Shown: in pieces, positions 1 to 9,011 of the stretch
How positions within the stretch are numbered: position 1 is the stretch's first letter
How the letters are laid out: each line of letters opens with the position of its first letter
Origin: Bacteroidales bacterium
Lineage (GTDB): Bacteria; Bacteroidota; Bacteroidia; Bacteroidales; JACABE01
DNA: 64,000 bases
Direction of reading: 5' to 3'
Assembly (NCBI GenBank): GCA_023251515.1
Contig: JAHEYQ010000019.1
Coordinates: forward strand, 50 to 64,049
Translations under genes and position numbers: made by a program
Notes under the pieces: generated by a model
What the model was told of the DNA's origin: nothing
The model's database searches: none
What the model saw: the letters and a program-made list of their open reading frames with translations, nothing else

Positions 1-80
1 TGCAGAGCACAATTCCCATTTGGGAATAGACCTTAGAAACGTTGCAGAGCACAATTCCCATTTGGGAATAGGCATTAGAA
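1..80. repeat. 42-bp tandem repeat (2 copies visible, probably truncated by the window edge) with internal palindrome
   Basis: TGCAGAGCACAATTCCCATTTGGGAATAG at 1-29 and 43-71; internal ATTCCCA-T-TTGGGAAT near-palindrome. Confidence 0.85.
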
Positions 81-187
81 AGTAGATTTTGTTAACCTAT
101 ATTATGATTATATAATAAAATATTTATTGCAAAAGCAAGCTTAAAAATAATTATAAATGCAAATAATTATAAAGCTTAAAAAGCAAA

Positions 188-216
188 ACCTGACAGGTTT
201 TAAAAACCTGTCAGGT
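188..216. repeat. REP-like palindrome (ACCTGACAGG family), copy 1
   Basis: ACCTGACAGGTTTTAAAAACCTGTCAGGT; related copies at 15516 and 63411. Confidence 0.85.
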
Positions 217-281
217 AATAATCATCTTACTGCTTATCAAAATTAATTATTTATTTCCATTAGTGTCCGACAAAAATATGT

Positions 282-408
282 AGATTCATCGCTTCGCTCT
301 GAATGACATGTCATTAAGTGTATTTTTGTTGGGGTGGGGGTCAGAAAGCGGCTTCGCCGCTTTCTGACCCCCACCCTAAATATAAACAATTGATTGTCAT
401 TTCGAGTA
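282..408. repeat. REPIN/MITE-like nested palindromic element (degenerate outer arms, perfect inner hairpin)
   Basis: AGATTC..GAATGACA at 282-308, TGTCATTTCGAG near 395; perfect 21-bp stem 332-352/356-376 with TTC loop. Confidence 0.7.
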
Positions 409-490
409 CCCACCCAAAAAAATTAGGCAAAATGTGAGTATGACAGTTAGTAATGAAGATTATTTAAAAAAAACAAACCAGCTATTTATA

Positions 491-629
491 AGATTCCTCC
501 CTGCGGTCGGAATGACACTCAATATCGATAGGTAAAGTATAGGAGAAAAAGCAAGCGGCGAAGCCGCCTGCTTTTTCTCCTATACTCACATTTATAATAA
601 GCTGTCATTCCGACCGTAGGGAGGAATCT
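491..629. repeat. REPIN/MITE-like nested palindromic element
   Basis: 27-bp terminal inverted repeats 491-517/603-629 (1 mismatch) around a 24-bp stem 536-559/563-586 (1 mismatch) with GAA loop. Confidence 0.85.
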
Positions 630-760
630 CTTTAGAAGATTAAATAATATTAACTTGTCATTGGTAACGAAGTGAGAAATCCCAATAATATTACTGTAAT
701 AAAAGTTTATCGGACAATAGTGATAGATAATGTTGAACTTTTTCGTGAATATCAATTCCT

Positions 761-1423
761 TCAGAATAATTTAAAATCTTCTTTCCTGAACAAACTTAAT
801 TTAATACCAAGCATAAATTGCCTGCTATAGGTTTTATAATCTTGCAAACAAGTGTTTATTATACCTTGATTATAGCGTGCTTCAATGGCAATAAATTTAT
901 TTAGCTTATACGATATTTGCAAAACACCACTCAAATCATAATCTTTTAAATCGTGATAATCATTTTGAATTAAAGTGTCTTTTTGAAAACTAAATCTATA
1001 ATCTTCACCCTTATTGCTTAATAGAATTGAATATTGAAGCCCCAATCCTATGCTAATCTTTTTGAAATTATACTGATATAAAAGAGGAATACTTATATAT
1101 TCCTGTTTCCTGTTGTTTTTAAGTGCATATGTAGTTGCACCTTCATATGCTTCATCGTATATATTTAATTCCCACAAACAATTTATTTTGTTATAAAGTA
1201 ATCCTGTTTCTATTGATGATTTACCAAAAATATTCATTTTTACATATACACCAGTCATATAACCTAATTTCATTTTGTTATAAAAATGGTCAACATACCT
1301 TCTGGGCTGCCTGTTATCGGATATAGTTCCGAAACCGCCAAAACCATTTACGCCTATCTCTACTTGCGAGTACAAAATTTCTGTACAAAATAATGACAAT
1401 ATTACAATAATGATTTTTTTCAT
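761..1423 (-). CDS. Outer membrane beta-barrel (porin/PorT-like) protein
   Basis: Signal peptide, amphipathic strands (SIETGLLY, YISIPLL, IEARYNQG), C-terminal Phe; ATG at 1423 preferred over TTG at 1429. Confidence 0.75.
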   Translation of the reverse strand: MKKIIIVILSLFCTEILYSQVEIGVNGFGGFGTISDNRQPRRYVDHFYNKMKLGYMTGVYVKMNIFGKSSIETGLLYNKINCLWELNIYDEAYEGATTYALKNNRKQEYISIPLLYQYNFKKISIGLGLQYSILLSNKGEDYRFSFQKDTLIQNDYHDLKDYDLSGVLQISYKLNKFIAIEARYNQGIINTCLQDYKTYSRQFMLGIKLSLFRKEDFKLF

Positions 1424-1444
1424 TTTCAATTGCTTTAAATATGT

Positions 1445-2326
1445 TTATTTTTTCTTTGTAATAATACTTGCTTTAAAATCATTTCCGCTTATTTTGCGGG
1501 TTACTGTTTTATATATATTCTTGTCGAGGTACATTTCAATAAATGCCAGATCGGGTGCATAATAAAAACTACCTCCTTTTTTTAAGGATTGCAGAATAGC
1601 CATATAGGTTTTGGCGTAAGCAATATAGTTTCCGTCGTTGCGCAGATTGTGATGTATAAAATGATTTGAAAATCCCAGATTGCTGATAATGCATCCCCAT
1701 TTATTAATACCATAATCAAATTCGAGCCAATCGGAGTTTGTCAGGTTTGCATCGGCAAAAGTAAAGCGATCTATACCATAAGCTTCTATATCCTGATTAC
1801 TTAAAAACTTAACCAGATTTCCCTGTTTGCCGCATCCTATATCCAAAACGGGTTGCTTTATCTTTTCCAGGTCAATTCCCAGAACCTCTATCTGCAATTC
1901 GGGACTGTATTCCGAACAGGCAATGGCTTCAATCTGATAATTACTGCCCGAATAGATTTTTTCGGCAAACGGATTGCATTTCCTGAGCCAGCTTTGCAAT
2001 TGCTGATAATGATTCTCTGATATTTCTGCTATGGGTATTTTCCCTGCTCTGATTTTATTAAACAAATCTGCATATATTTTCCTCAATTGGCTTTTCGATT
2101 GCTTATTGAACGAATAATACTGATTTACTCTGCAAAACTCTTCGAGCGATTTGGCTAAAGTATAATCTATCAATATGTTTTCGGCATCTTTATCAAGCTG
2201 ATTGATACCCGAAATGGCATCAATTGTTTCTTTAATAAATACAAATAATCCTTCCTTATCGGCAAATATATTCTTGCTTCTGTTAGATTCTATCTGTTTA
2301 TCAATATTCTTTTTTATTTTATCCAT
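1445..2326 (-). CDS. Class I SAM-dependent methyltransferase domain protein
   Basis: VLDIGCGKQG motif I followed by YGID. Confidence 0.75.
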   Translation of the reverse strand: MDKIKKNIDKQIESNRSKNIFADKEGLFVFIKETIDAISGINQLDKDAENILIDYTLAKSLEEFCRVNQYYSFNKQSKSQLRKIYADLFNKIRAGKIPIAEISENHYQQLQSWLRKCNPFAEKIYSGSNYQIEAIACSEYSPELQIEVLGIDLEKIKQPVLDIGCGKQGNLVKFLSNQDIEAYGIDRFTFADANLTNSDWLEFDYGINKWGCIISNLGFSNHFIHHNLRNDGNYIAYAKTYMAILQSLKKGGSFYYAPDLAFIEMYLDKNIYKTVTRKISGNDFKASIITKKK

Positions 2327-2380
2327 TTTTCTATTGCTATTTTTCTGAGCTTTAATTTCGATTTTTTACTATTACTTTTC

Positions 2381-2415
2381 TTCTCTCTGCAAATTTAATT
2401 GTTTTTCTACTCCGG
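2381..2415 (-). repeat. Promoter-containing intergenic repeat copy 1
   Basis: + strand CTGCAAATTTAATTGTTTTTCTACTCCGG (2387-2415), 28/29 identical to 8945-8973; TAAATTTG -7 element on minus strand. Confidence 0.8.
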
Positions 2416-2481
2416 TCTCTCATTATATAAAACTATTGAAATAATGATAATTGTGTATTAGTTATAATTCAATGCAAAATG

Positions 2482-3423
2482 TTATCTCGGTCCCATAAAT
2501 CTATCTCCGTTAAAATGTATCATATGATCAGGTACTTCCATAAGCCAAACCTCTGTTTCCCATGCAATATTATTGGAATGTTTTTTAAACTCTGTCATAT
2601 CAGGAAATGCTGTTACATATACTTTGCCCATTTTACATTCTGTCAAAAATGCTTCAAGTTCTAAAAGTCGCTTTGGAGAAACAGGACCATGCGAAGTTAC
2701 TGCTTCTATCAAAAACAACCAACCTCTGTTTGAATCGAATATAACTACATCCGGCAGTTTACTATGTTGATCTATTGGAATACCTAAATCTTTTAATCCT
2801 TGCTCATCAACATATAAGTCCTTTTTTGCAGTATCGCCCATATAAAGCAATAATCCCCCATTTGCAAATCGAGGAGCAAACTGTTCAATTATTGCTGCCT
2901 GAACTTCATTGTGCTTACCAGCTGAAAGTTTTATTGTTTTTCCATCCTGAAGTTTAACAGGAATTTGGTTTAATTCTCTTTCTTTCAAATATACTTCAGA
3001 TAGTTTTCCAACTTCTGCTAAAAAATGGCTTAGTGCTTTTTTCCATGTTTTTGTTTTATATGATTTTATTACTTCTAAAGCTTCGTCTGTCAATGCATAA
3101 TGTGCTTTTGGGCTGTTGACCGGAAGTTTTATATCATCAGGATTGTAATCAACTATTCTGGCTTGTACAAATTGATGTAAAACCTGTCTTCTGAATGTTT
3201 CTCTTGTATTTGGAGCATACGTTTTTCCGTAATACTCATTTACAAAATTCATAATACCATTTGAAACACCCAAACTATTTTTTGTTGAGTTTATCCATTT
3301 ATCTTTTTCTTTAATATTACATACAGCTAATAATGTTAAAGCTGCCATTTCATTATATTGTGCTGGTGGTAATCCCAGAGCTTTTAAAATCTCCTGTGCT
3401 TCTTCTATTTTACTCATGTTCAT
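2482..3423 (-). CDS. BsuBI/PstI family type II restriction endonuclease
   Basis: YAPNTRETFRRQVLHQF, LSAGKHN, FAPRFA, KLPDVV..LIEAVTSHGPV, IAWETEVW, HMIHFNG motifs typical of the family. Confidence 0.93.
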   Translation of the reverse strand: MNMSKIEEAQEILKALGLPPAQYNEMAALTLLAVCNIKEKDKWINSTKNSLGVSNGIMNFVNEYYGKTYAPNTRETFRRQVLHQFVQARIVDYNPDDIKLPVNSPKAHYALTDEALEVIKSYKTKTWKKALSHFLAEVGKLSEVYLKERELNQIPVKLQDGKTIKLSAGKHNEVQAAIIEQFAPRFANGGLLLYMGDTAKKDLYVDEQGLKDLGIPIDQHSKLPDVVIFDSNRGWLFLIEAVTSHGPVSPKRLLELEAFLTECKMGKVYVTAFPDMTEFKKHSNNIAWETEVWLMEVPDHMIHFNGDRFMGPR

Positions 3424-5017
3424 TTAGTATTAACTCTAGCCCAAACAATTCATTAACCAGATAATTTACATTGCTTACTGAAAAGTCATTTGAGAGTATT
3501 ATTTTGTTTCCTATTTTTTTAAGTTCATTTATTGGAGGAAAAAGCATTTCCCTTAACTCAGTTGCACTTACATTTACATTTCCATTAAATATTCTGAAGT
3601 AAGTATCAAAAAGCTCACTATTTAATAATGCACATAATCCAACTGTTTCGCTTCGGTCCATATGTCCTCTTTTTCTGTACAGATAATTAACCTTGTTTTC
3701 AACACCAATTACGTTTGATTGATAATAGTTACAAAAATATGGAGCTGCTATCAATCTACTTTTATCGTCTTTGGTACTAAATCTTCTTAAAAATATATAG
3801 TTTTTGTTGGGAATCAACAACGATTTTGTACTTTCTTCAATCCTGATATATTGTCCTTTATCCTTAAATTGCTTTGGCCATTCCAGTATCATTTTGTTTA
3901 CATTGTGTAACCAAAACAATGGAGCAAGAAAAACACTTCCATTCTCATAATTGTTTTGTATAAAATTTTCAGCACGAAAAGACACAACTGGTCCAGTGGA
4001 AATAGAAATATCATAATCTATTAATCGGCAATTCCAGGTTGAAATCAGGCTGAGTATTTTTTCTTCTTTTCCGTTTGTTGGCAAATGAAGTATTATTTCT
4101 TTCGATTTCAGACTTATTAATTCCTCGGTTTTAAAACTGTTTATACTTGGATTAAATATATCTTTAATACCCCCGCTTGAAGAAACGATAACCTCTTTTT
4201 GAGAATCTATCTTTTCACGTATAGCTTTGATGATTACTGTTTCCTGAAGTACATTATCGCGGTCGAATGTCTCTTTTCTTGAATTAAATAAATGAATTTT
4301 GTGAACCTGAACTGTATTAAAAAAAAGTTCTCTGAATGCTTTAAAATAATTTCCTGAAGCAAAACTTCTTGGAGTAATAAAAATCATTTCTCCACCTTCG
4401 TATAGCAATTTTGCTGATATACCCATAAATAAAGAATAGATATTTGGTTGTCCGCTAACTAATCTTTGGGCTGCTATTGTTCTTTTGTCGTCTTTTGAAA
4501 GTTTAAAATATGGTGGATTTGATATAATTATATCAAATTTGTTGCTTACAATTTCCTCTGTTTCAAATAGAGATAATTCGCGGCTATCATTCAGCGTATG
4601 GGCATTTTCTAATATAAAATCCTTAGTATGTAAAATATATTCGAAGTTAATTCCTTTACTTTTAAGCCATTTTTTTAAATAAATTAATGATTCCTGAGTA
4701 AAAGTAATAATTTCTGAATCTGTTTCATATACTTCCAGTATTATATTGTCAATACCATCATTCTTTTCAACAATATATTCGATCAACGAACATGATAAAA
4801 TGGCAGTTCCGCATCCTGGATCTAATATTCTGATTGAAGATTTTGTATTGTTACAAAATGATGCCATTAATTTAGCTATTGTAGTTGGGGTAAAGAATTG
4901 TCCATTATCTTTTTTATGCTTTAAACTTACCTGTTTTGCATAAACTATACCCAAGTTATCAGCACATTCGCTTGGCAGTTCAAATTCATTATGAGCAAAA
5001 TGCAATTTATCAATCAT
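3410..5017 (-). CDS. Cognate N6-adenine DNA methyltransferase (BsuBI/PstI-like, gamma-type)
   Basis: GQFFTP, ILDPGCGTAIL (motif I), IISNPPY (motif IV), ITPRSF, VNVSATELR; overlaps REase start by 14 nt. Confidence 0.92.
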   Translation of the reverse strand: MIDKLHFAHNEFELPSECADNLGIVYAKQVSLKHKKDNGQFFTPTTIAKLMASFCNNTKSSIRILDPGCGTAILSCSLIEYIVEKNDGIDNIILEVYETDSEIITFTQESLIYLKKWLKSKGINFEYILHTKDFILENAHTLNDSRELSLFETEEIVSNKFDIIISNPPYFKLSKDDKRTIAAQRLVSGQPNIYSLFMGISAKLLYEGGEMIFITPRSFASGNYFKAFRELFFNTVQVHKIHLFNSRKETFDRDNVLQETVIIKAIREKIDSQKEVIVSSSGGIKDIFNPSINSFKTEELISLKSKEIILHLPTNGKEEKILSLISTWNCRLIDYDISISTGPVVSFRAENFIQNNYENGSVFLAPLFWLHNVNKMILEWPKQFKDKGQYIRIEESTKSLLIPNKNYIFLRRFSTKDDKSRLIAAPYFCNYYQSNVIGVENKVNYLYRKRGHMDRSETVGLCALLNSELFDTYFRIFNGNVNVSATELREMLFPPINELKKIGNKIILSNDFSVSNVNYLVNELFGLELILNEHE

Positions 5018-5125
5018 AAGTACAAAGATAATTAATTATTCGTATTCTTCTATTTCATGCTTTGCAAATTGAAAATAAATTTTGATTTAATCTTCTTTCA
5101 GCCAAAGTTTTTTTTTGTGCTTTCC

Positions 5126-5205
5126 TTTTCCCCTTGGGCTAAAGCTGTGTAACAGTTAATGGAGCAAAATTTAATTATTTATTCTTCTCTTGTAAATCTT
5201 AAGCT
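5126..5205 (-). repeat. Promoter-containing intergenic repeat copy 2 (apparently split by a 28-bp insert at 5137-5164)
   Basis: TTTTCCCCTTG [28 nt] CAAAATTTAATTATTTATTCTTCTC; right part resembles copies at 5861 and 8095. Confidence 0.6.
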
Positions 5206-5223
5206 ATATTAGGATATGATGAT

Positions 5224-5766
5224 TTAATTGATTTTCATGAAAACCGTTAAGGTATTTTCAAGATTCATATTGTCGTTTGTTTTAGTGTTAACTTTAAACG
5301 TATAATCAGTTTCTTCAAATTCTGATAAATTAATAAATTCATTTGTAAACCTGATTTCAACAGCTCCCCATTTCTTTTCAATATGTAGTTTAAGCTCTTC
5401 AAAATCTGAGAAATTTGTACCGGCAGTAATTAGAATTCCATTATATTTAAAATCTTTGTTGCATGAAATAGAAAATCCGGATTCTGAAACTTCATTCTCA
5501 AATGTTTCGGAACAACTTGTAGCATATGTACTTTGTATTAAACCAAAGTTATTATGCAATGACGATGTTTTTTGTTCTAATTGCCAAATTATATAAAATT
5601 CTCCTTTTATGGTATCTGTTTTATTTTTGGGGTTATAGTAGTCAGTATAAGCTCCTATTTCTCCTTTTCCTATTATTTTATAACTTTCATGGCAACAACT
5701 TTGAATAAACAAAGATATCGAAAAAATTGAAAAATATATTATTAATAGTTTCCTGATTATCCTCAT
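5224..5766 (-). CDS. Hypothetical lipoprotein
   Basis: 180-aa ORF; hydrophobic leader ending IQSC (lipobox-like). Confidence 0.65.
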   Translation of the reverse strand: MRIIRKLLIIYFSIFSISLFIQSCCHESYKIIGKGEIGAYTDYYNPKNKTDTIKGEFYIIWQLEQKTSSLHNNFGLIQSTYATSCSETFENEVSESGFSISCNKDFKYNGILITAGTNFSDFEELKLHIEKKWGAVEIRFTNEFINLSEFEETDYTFKVNTKTNDNMNLENTLTVFMKIN

Positions 5767-5851
5767 ATTATAAATATTAGGCTTTTTGTTCTAATTGTTA
5801 TTTAAATTCAATTCCTTAATCAAATATTTGCTTTTTAATAGCCTTTTTTGC

Positions 5852-5896
5852 TTGTTTTCCCCCTGCAAATTTAATTATTTATTCCTCTCCTCCAAA
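5852..5896 (-). repeat. Promoter-containing intergenic repeat copy 3 (TTTG-N19-TAAATTTG)
   Basis: 5852-5880 identical (29/29) to 7413-7441; 5861-5891 is 30/31 identical to 8095-8125. Confidence 0.85.
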
Positions 5897-6828
5897 AAAG
5901 CTTGTATATCATTAATCCATTCGTCTTTATATTTGCACAGGTAGTTTTCGTGTCCTGCTTCCTGATAAATTTTCAATTGTTTCTTAGCTGCCAGATTATT
6001 AAAAATAAGGTCGATTTCTTCTCTGCTTACTTTTTCGTCTTTTGCACCATAAAGTAAAAGGCTGGGACAATTTATTTCTTTAGCATATTCAGTAGGATTG
6101 TGCCCGAATGCCCAAAAGCCGTTTTGAAGTCCGCCCCAGAAAACCAAAAGGCCTGCCATCGGAAATGCGGGTGCATTCATGGTTCTGAATCTTGCACAAA
6201 CAGTCTTATACATCGAGCCAAAAGGACATTCAATAATTATTCCATCTGGATTTATTTTATAGTCGCTTATTGCTTTCATTATTGCAACTGAACCCATCGA
6301 AGTCCCGAATAAGTAAAGTTTCGATTCTCCTTTTTTGCGAAGGTAGTCGTAACAGCTTTTTACCTCTTGGGCTTCCCTGAATCCGATTGTGGTTTGCTTT
6401 CCTTCCGAACCTCCCGAACCCATAAAATCAACCAGAAAGGTATTGTAACCAAGCTTACGAAATACTTCAGATTTATCAAGCATTGAAGCTTTGCTGCCAC
6501 TATAACCGTGAAATATTACAACAGTTCCTTTTGGGTTTTCAGCCTTAATACTCCAGCATTCTATTTCGCGGTTGCTTTTAAGTTTGATTGTTTCAAAATT
6601 CGTTGACGGTAGAATTTTGTTTTCCGGTCTGGGATTACTGACTCCGAATACTAAAGTCTTTATTTTCTGCCCCGTTGATAGTTTTTTAGGATCTTTAGTT
6701 TTTTCTATATTGCTGTCAGTAAAGTGAGTAAACCTATATGAATGGAATATGGCAACAATATTCATAAAAACAAAAATTGCCATTAATGTCCACAAACTGC
6801 GTTTTATATATTTACTTTTTATTGTCAA
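5875..6828 (-). CDS. Alpha/beta hydrolase (membrane-anchored)
   Basis: N-terminal TM, FHGY oxyanion motif, GTSMG nucleophile elbow, GAKDEKV Asp, EAGH His. Confidence 0.9.
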   Translation of the reverse strand: MTIKSKYIKRSLWTLMAIFVFMNIVAIFHSYRFTHFTDSNIEKTKDPKKLSTGQKIKTLVFGVSNPRPENKILPSTNFETIKLKSNREIECWSIKAENPKGTVVIFHGYSGSKASMLDKSEVFRKLGYNTFLVDFMGSGGSEGKQTTIGFREAQEVKSCYDYLRKKGESKLYLFGTSMGSVAIMKAISDYKINPDGIIIECPFGSMYKTVCARFRTMNAPAFPMAGLLVFWGGLQNGFWAFGHNPTEYAKEINCPSLLLYGAKDEKVSREEIDLIFNNLAAKKQLKIYQEAGHENYLCKYKDEWINDIQAFLEERNK

Positions 6829-7334
6829 ATCTTTAATATTAGCTCACCGTTTATAAAATTAAAAACTATTAAATGTTTTTTCTTAATTTTATCAGTTTCT
6901 TGAAGATATTTTTGCCTTCCTCTATAGTCATAATATTCGCAATCAATTAATTTTGCTGTGTACCAATCGGCAAAAATCTTCCCGTTTATCAGCTTTGGCT
7001 TGTATCCGTTCTTTTCAAAATAACTAATAACTGTATTGTAATCAATTTCTGTATCCGTATTACACTTTAGTATCTTTTGTAAGAGTAATTTATTATCTTT
7101 TATTTCCCAGATTGCCTGATAACCTCTCCAGCAATTTGTAGAAACAAACAATCCAGTATCAAATGGATTCATATTTTCCTTGAAATTTAGCTGTTCAATT
7201 GGAAATGATTGTAAATAAAAACTGTCTTTGCCAATTATTAATAAATCAGGAGTTTGTTCTGTGGCAAATAAATCCAGTTTAAATATAACTGTAAATGCAA
7301 TTAAAAGCAGCAATGATAATATCTTTGTTTTCAT
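6825..7334 (-). CDS. Secreted hypothetical protein (STxCWRGY motif)
   Basis: Signal peptide; TEQTPD, STNCWRGYQAIWEI, FADWY motifs; 4-nt overlap with the next gene. Confidence 0.7.
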   Translation of the reverse strand: MKTKILSLLLLIAFTVIFKLDLFATEQTPDLLIIGKDSFYLQSFPIEQLNFKENMNPFDTGLFVSTNCWRGYQAIWEIKDNKLLLQKILKCNTDTEIDYNTVISYFEKNGYKPKLINGKIFADWYTAKLIDCEYYDYRGRQKYLQETDKIKKKHLIVFNFINGELILKI

Positions 7335-7412
7335 TTTTGATTCATTTTTTTGTTATGCCTAGCATTCATTTTGTTTTTATTTCATTCTGATATGATCCTT
7401 TTTTTACAATGT

Positions 7413-7477
7413 TTGTTTTCCCCCTGCAAATTTAATTATTTTTCTACTTTGGCAACTTCTTTCTGAATAGCTGAATA
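7413..7477 (-). repeat. Promoter-containing intergenic repeat copy 4
   Basis: TTGTTTTCCCCCTGCAAATTTAATTATTTTTCTACTTTGGCAACTTCTTTCTGAATAGCTG; TTG-N18-TAAATTTG on minus strand. Confidence 0.85.
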
Positions 7478-7501
7478 TAAATAGGTGAGGATGTCGTTTT
7501 A

Positions 7502-8011
7502 TTAATCTTGCTTTCTCAATATTTTATGGATAGATTTTTTTACATTATCACTCAAATTGCCGGTATAACAGTCGTCAGTCATTAACTTTATTTCGCTTGA
7601 AAGTTCGGGATATTTCTTCGAAATAGCATACATTATCTTAAAGGCATTAAACCGAAGCGATGAGTTTTTATTGATATTTGTCCAGATATTGATGCAAAGG
7701 TCGAATAAACGCCCTTCATATGCTGTGCTTATAGCCATTCGTTGCAATATCATCAGCAGTTCCCGCTGTTGATTATCGTTTCTGTAAGCTAAAATTTCTA
7801 TAATTTTTTTAATGTATTTATGTATTCTCTTATCATTGTTTGCCATACAACTCCACAACAACCATGCCGCCCGCCACGAATAAGGCTGTTTGTCCGAAAC
7901 CGATAATTCAACAAGCTCCTCAAAATCTTCCGGATGCAATTCAATATAAGCTATCAGATCGCTTTTGTAAGAATTCAAAAGTAAATATTCTAAGCTTGTT
8001 TTCTGATGCAT
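7502..8011 (-). CDS. Hypothetical alpha-helical (HEAT/ARM-like) protein
   Basis: 169-aa ORF with WRAAWLL and repeated amphipathic helices. Confidence 0.6.
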   Translation of the reverse strand: MHQKTSLEYLLLNSYKSDLIAYIELHPEDFEELVELSVSDKQPYSWRAAWLLWSCMANNDKRIHKYIKKIIEILAYRNDNQQRELLMILQRMAISTAYEGRLFDLCINIWTNINKNSSLRFNAFKIMYAISKKYPELSSEIKLMTDDCYTGNLSDNVKKSIHKILRKQD

Positions 8012-8092
8012 AGTAATTACTAATATTTTTTTTACTTGACTTTAAACCAAATTATTAATTGATAATAAAGCTTGTAGCTGTTATTTTCATTA

Positions 8093-8138
8093 TTCCCTGC
8101 AAATTTAATTATTTATTCTTCTCCTGCATTCTTTAGCT
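8093..8138 (-). repeat. Promoter-containing intergenic repeat copy 5
   Basis: TTCCCTGCAAATTTAATTATTTATTCTTCTCCTG. Confidence 0.85.
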
Positions 8139-8176
8139 TTCTTTGTTTTTTACAGGAAATATAATGGTTGTGTTTA

Positions 8177-8875
8177 TTAATTATCATAAATTGGTTGATA
8201 AACAAAATTAAGCTTTGTTTTATATGTTATAGGAGGCAATATAACTGTATTGCTGATATTATCAAACTTAATTGTCAGTTTATTTACATCCATTGACCAC
8301 TCGTTAAAATCATAGCTAACTATTAAAGTATCCGCAGGTTTTATTTTATAAAATGAAGGAATTGGAATGTTATTTATCTCATTTCGTTTTGTATTTACGG
8401 TTCTGTCTTGCTTAATATAAGAAAATCTGTGTGGATCAAGCATAGAAAGATTTGAAGGACTTAATACTTTGTGTTTATTTTCAAAGTTTACTTTTGTCAA
8501 ATCAATTAATATTGTATCTGTGCTCATATTTATAAATCTGAAATTTACAAAAAAAAGTATATCACCCTTACTTCCATTATTTAAAAATGGCCAGACTAAT
8601 AACATCGGATTGGGAATTACCGGCACAATAGGTGGCCCGATTAAAATAACCCAGTTGGGTTTAGGACAAGGCCATATTGAAACACTTAAATTATTCTTTT
8701 TTATACCATAAACCGGTGTTTTAGTTCCAATACTCCAATATGGATGTGGTTTTTCTGTTATTTTCCATTCCGATTCTCCTTTTTGTTTTCGTATTCCAAC
8801 ACCTCTAAAGTGTGAACAACTAACAAGTGTTAGAGATAAGATAATTGATAATATAAATTTATAATACCTGAACAT
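8177..8875 (-). CDS. Hypothetical lipoprotein
   Basis: 232-aa ORF, leader ending LVSC. Confidence 0.65.
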   Translation of the reverse strand: MFRYYKFILSIILSLTLVSCSHFRGVGIRKQKGESEWKITEKPHPYWSIGTKTPVYGIKKNNLSVSIWPCPKPNWVILIGPPIVPVIPNPMLLVWPFLNNGSKGDILFFVNFRFINMSTDTILIDLTKVNFENKHKVLSPSNLSMLDPHRFSYIKQDRTVNTKRNEINNIPIPSFYKIKPADTLIVSYDFNEWSMDVNKLTIKFDNISNTVILPPITYKTKLNFVYQPIYDN

Positions 8876-8930
8876 AAATAAAATTTTTACTTTTTCGCTA
8901 ACTACTTTTTTATTAGTTAATTACTTCTTT

Positions 8931-8999
8931 TTGTTTATTTCTCCCTGCAAATTTAATTATTTTTCTACTCCGGCAATTTCTTCCTGCATACTGATTACT
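8931..8999 (-). repeat. Promoter-containing intergenic repeat copy 6
   Basis: CCCTGCAAATTTAATTATTTTTCTACTCCGGCAATTTCTTCCTGCATACTG; TTG-N18-TAAATTTG on minus strand. Confidence 0.85.
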
Positions 9000-9011
9000 A
9001 ACACATATAGT

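Noticed and set aside
1-84. Possible CRISPR repeat pair
   Set aside because: The spacer is only 13 nt and resembles the sequence after the second copy, so this is a tandem repeat; no cas genes are seen
519-755. 78-aa ORF
   Set aside because: Runs through the palindromic repeat element and shows no protein-like features
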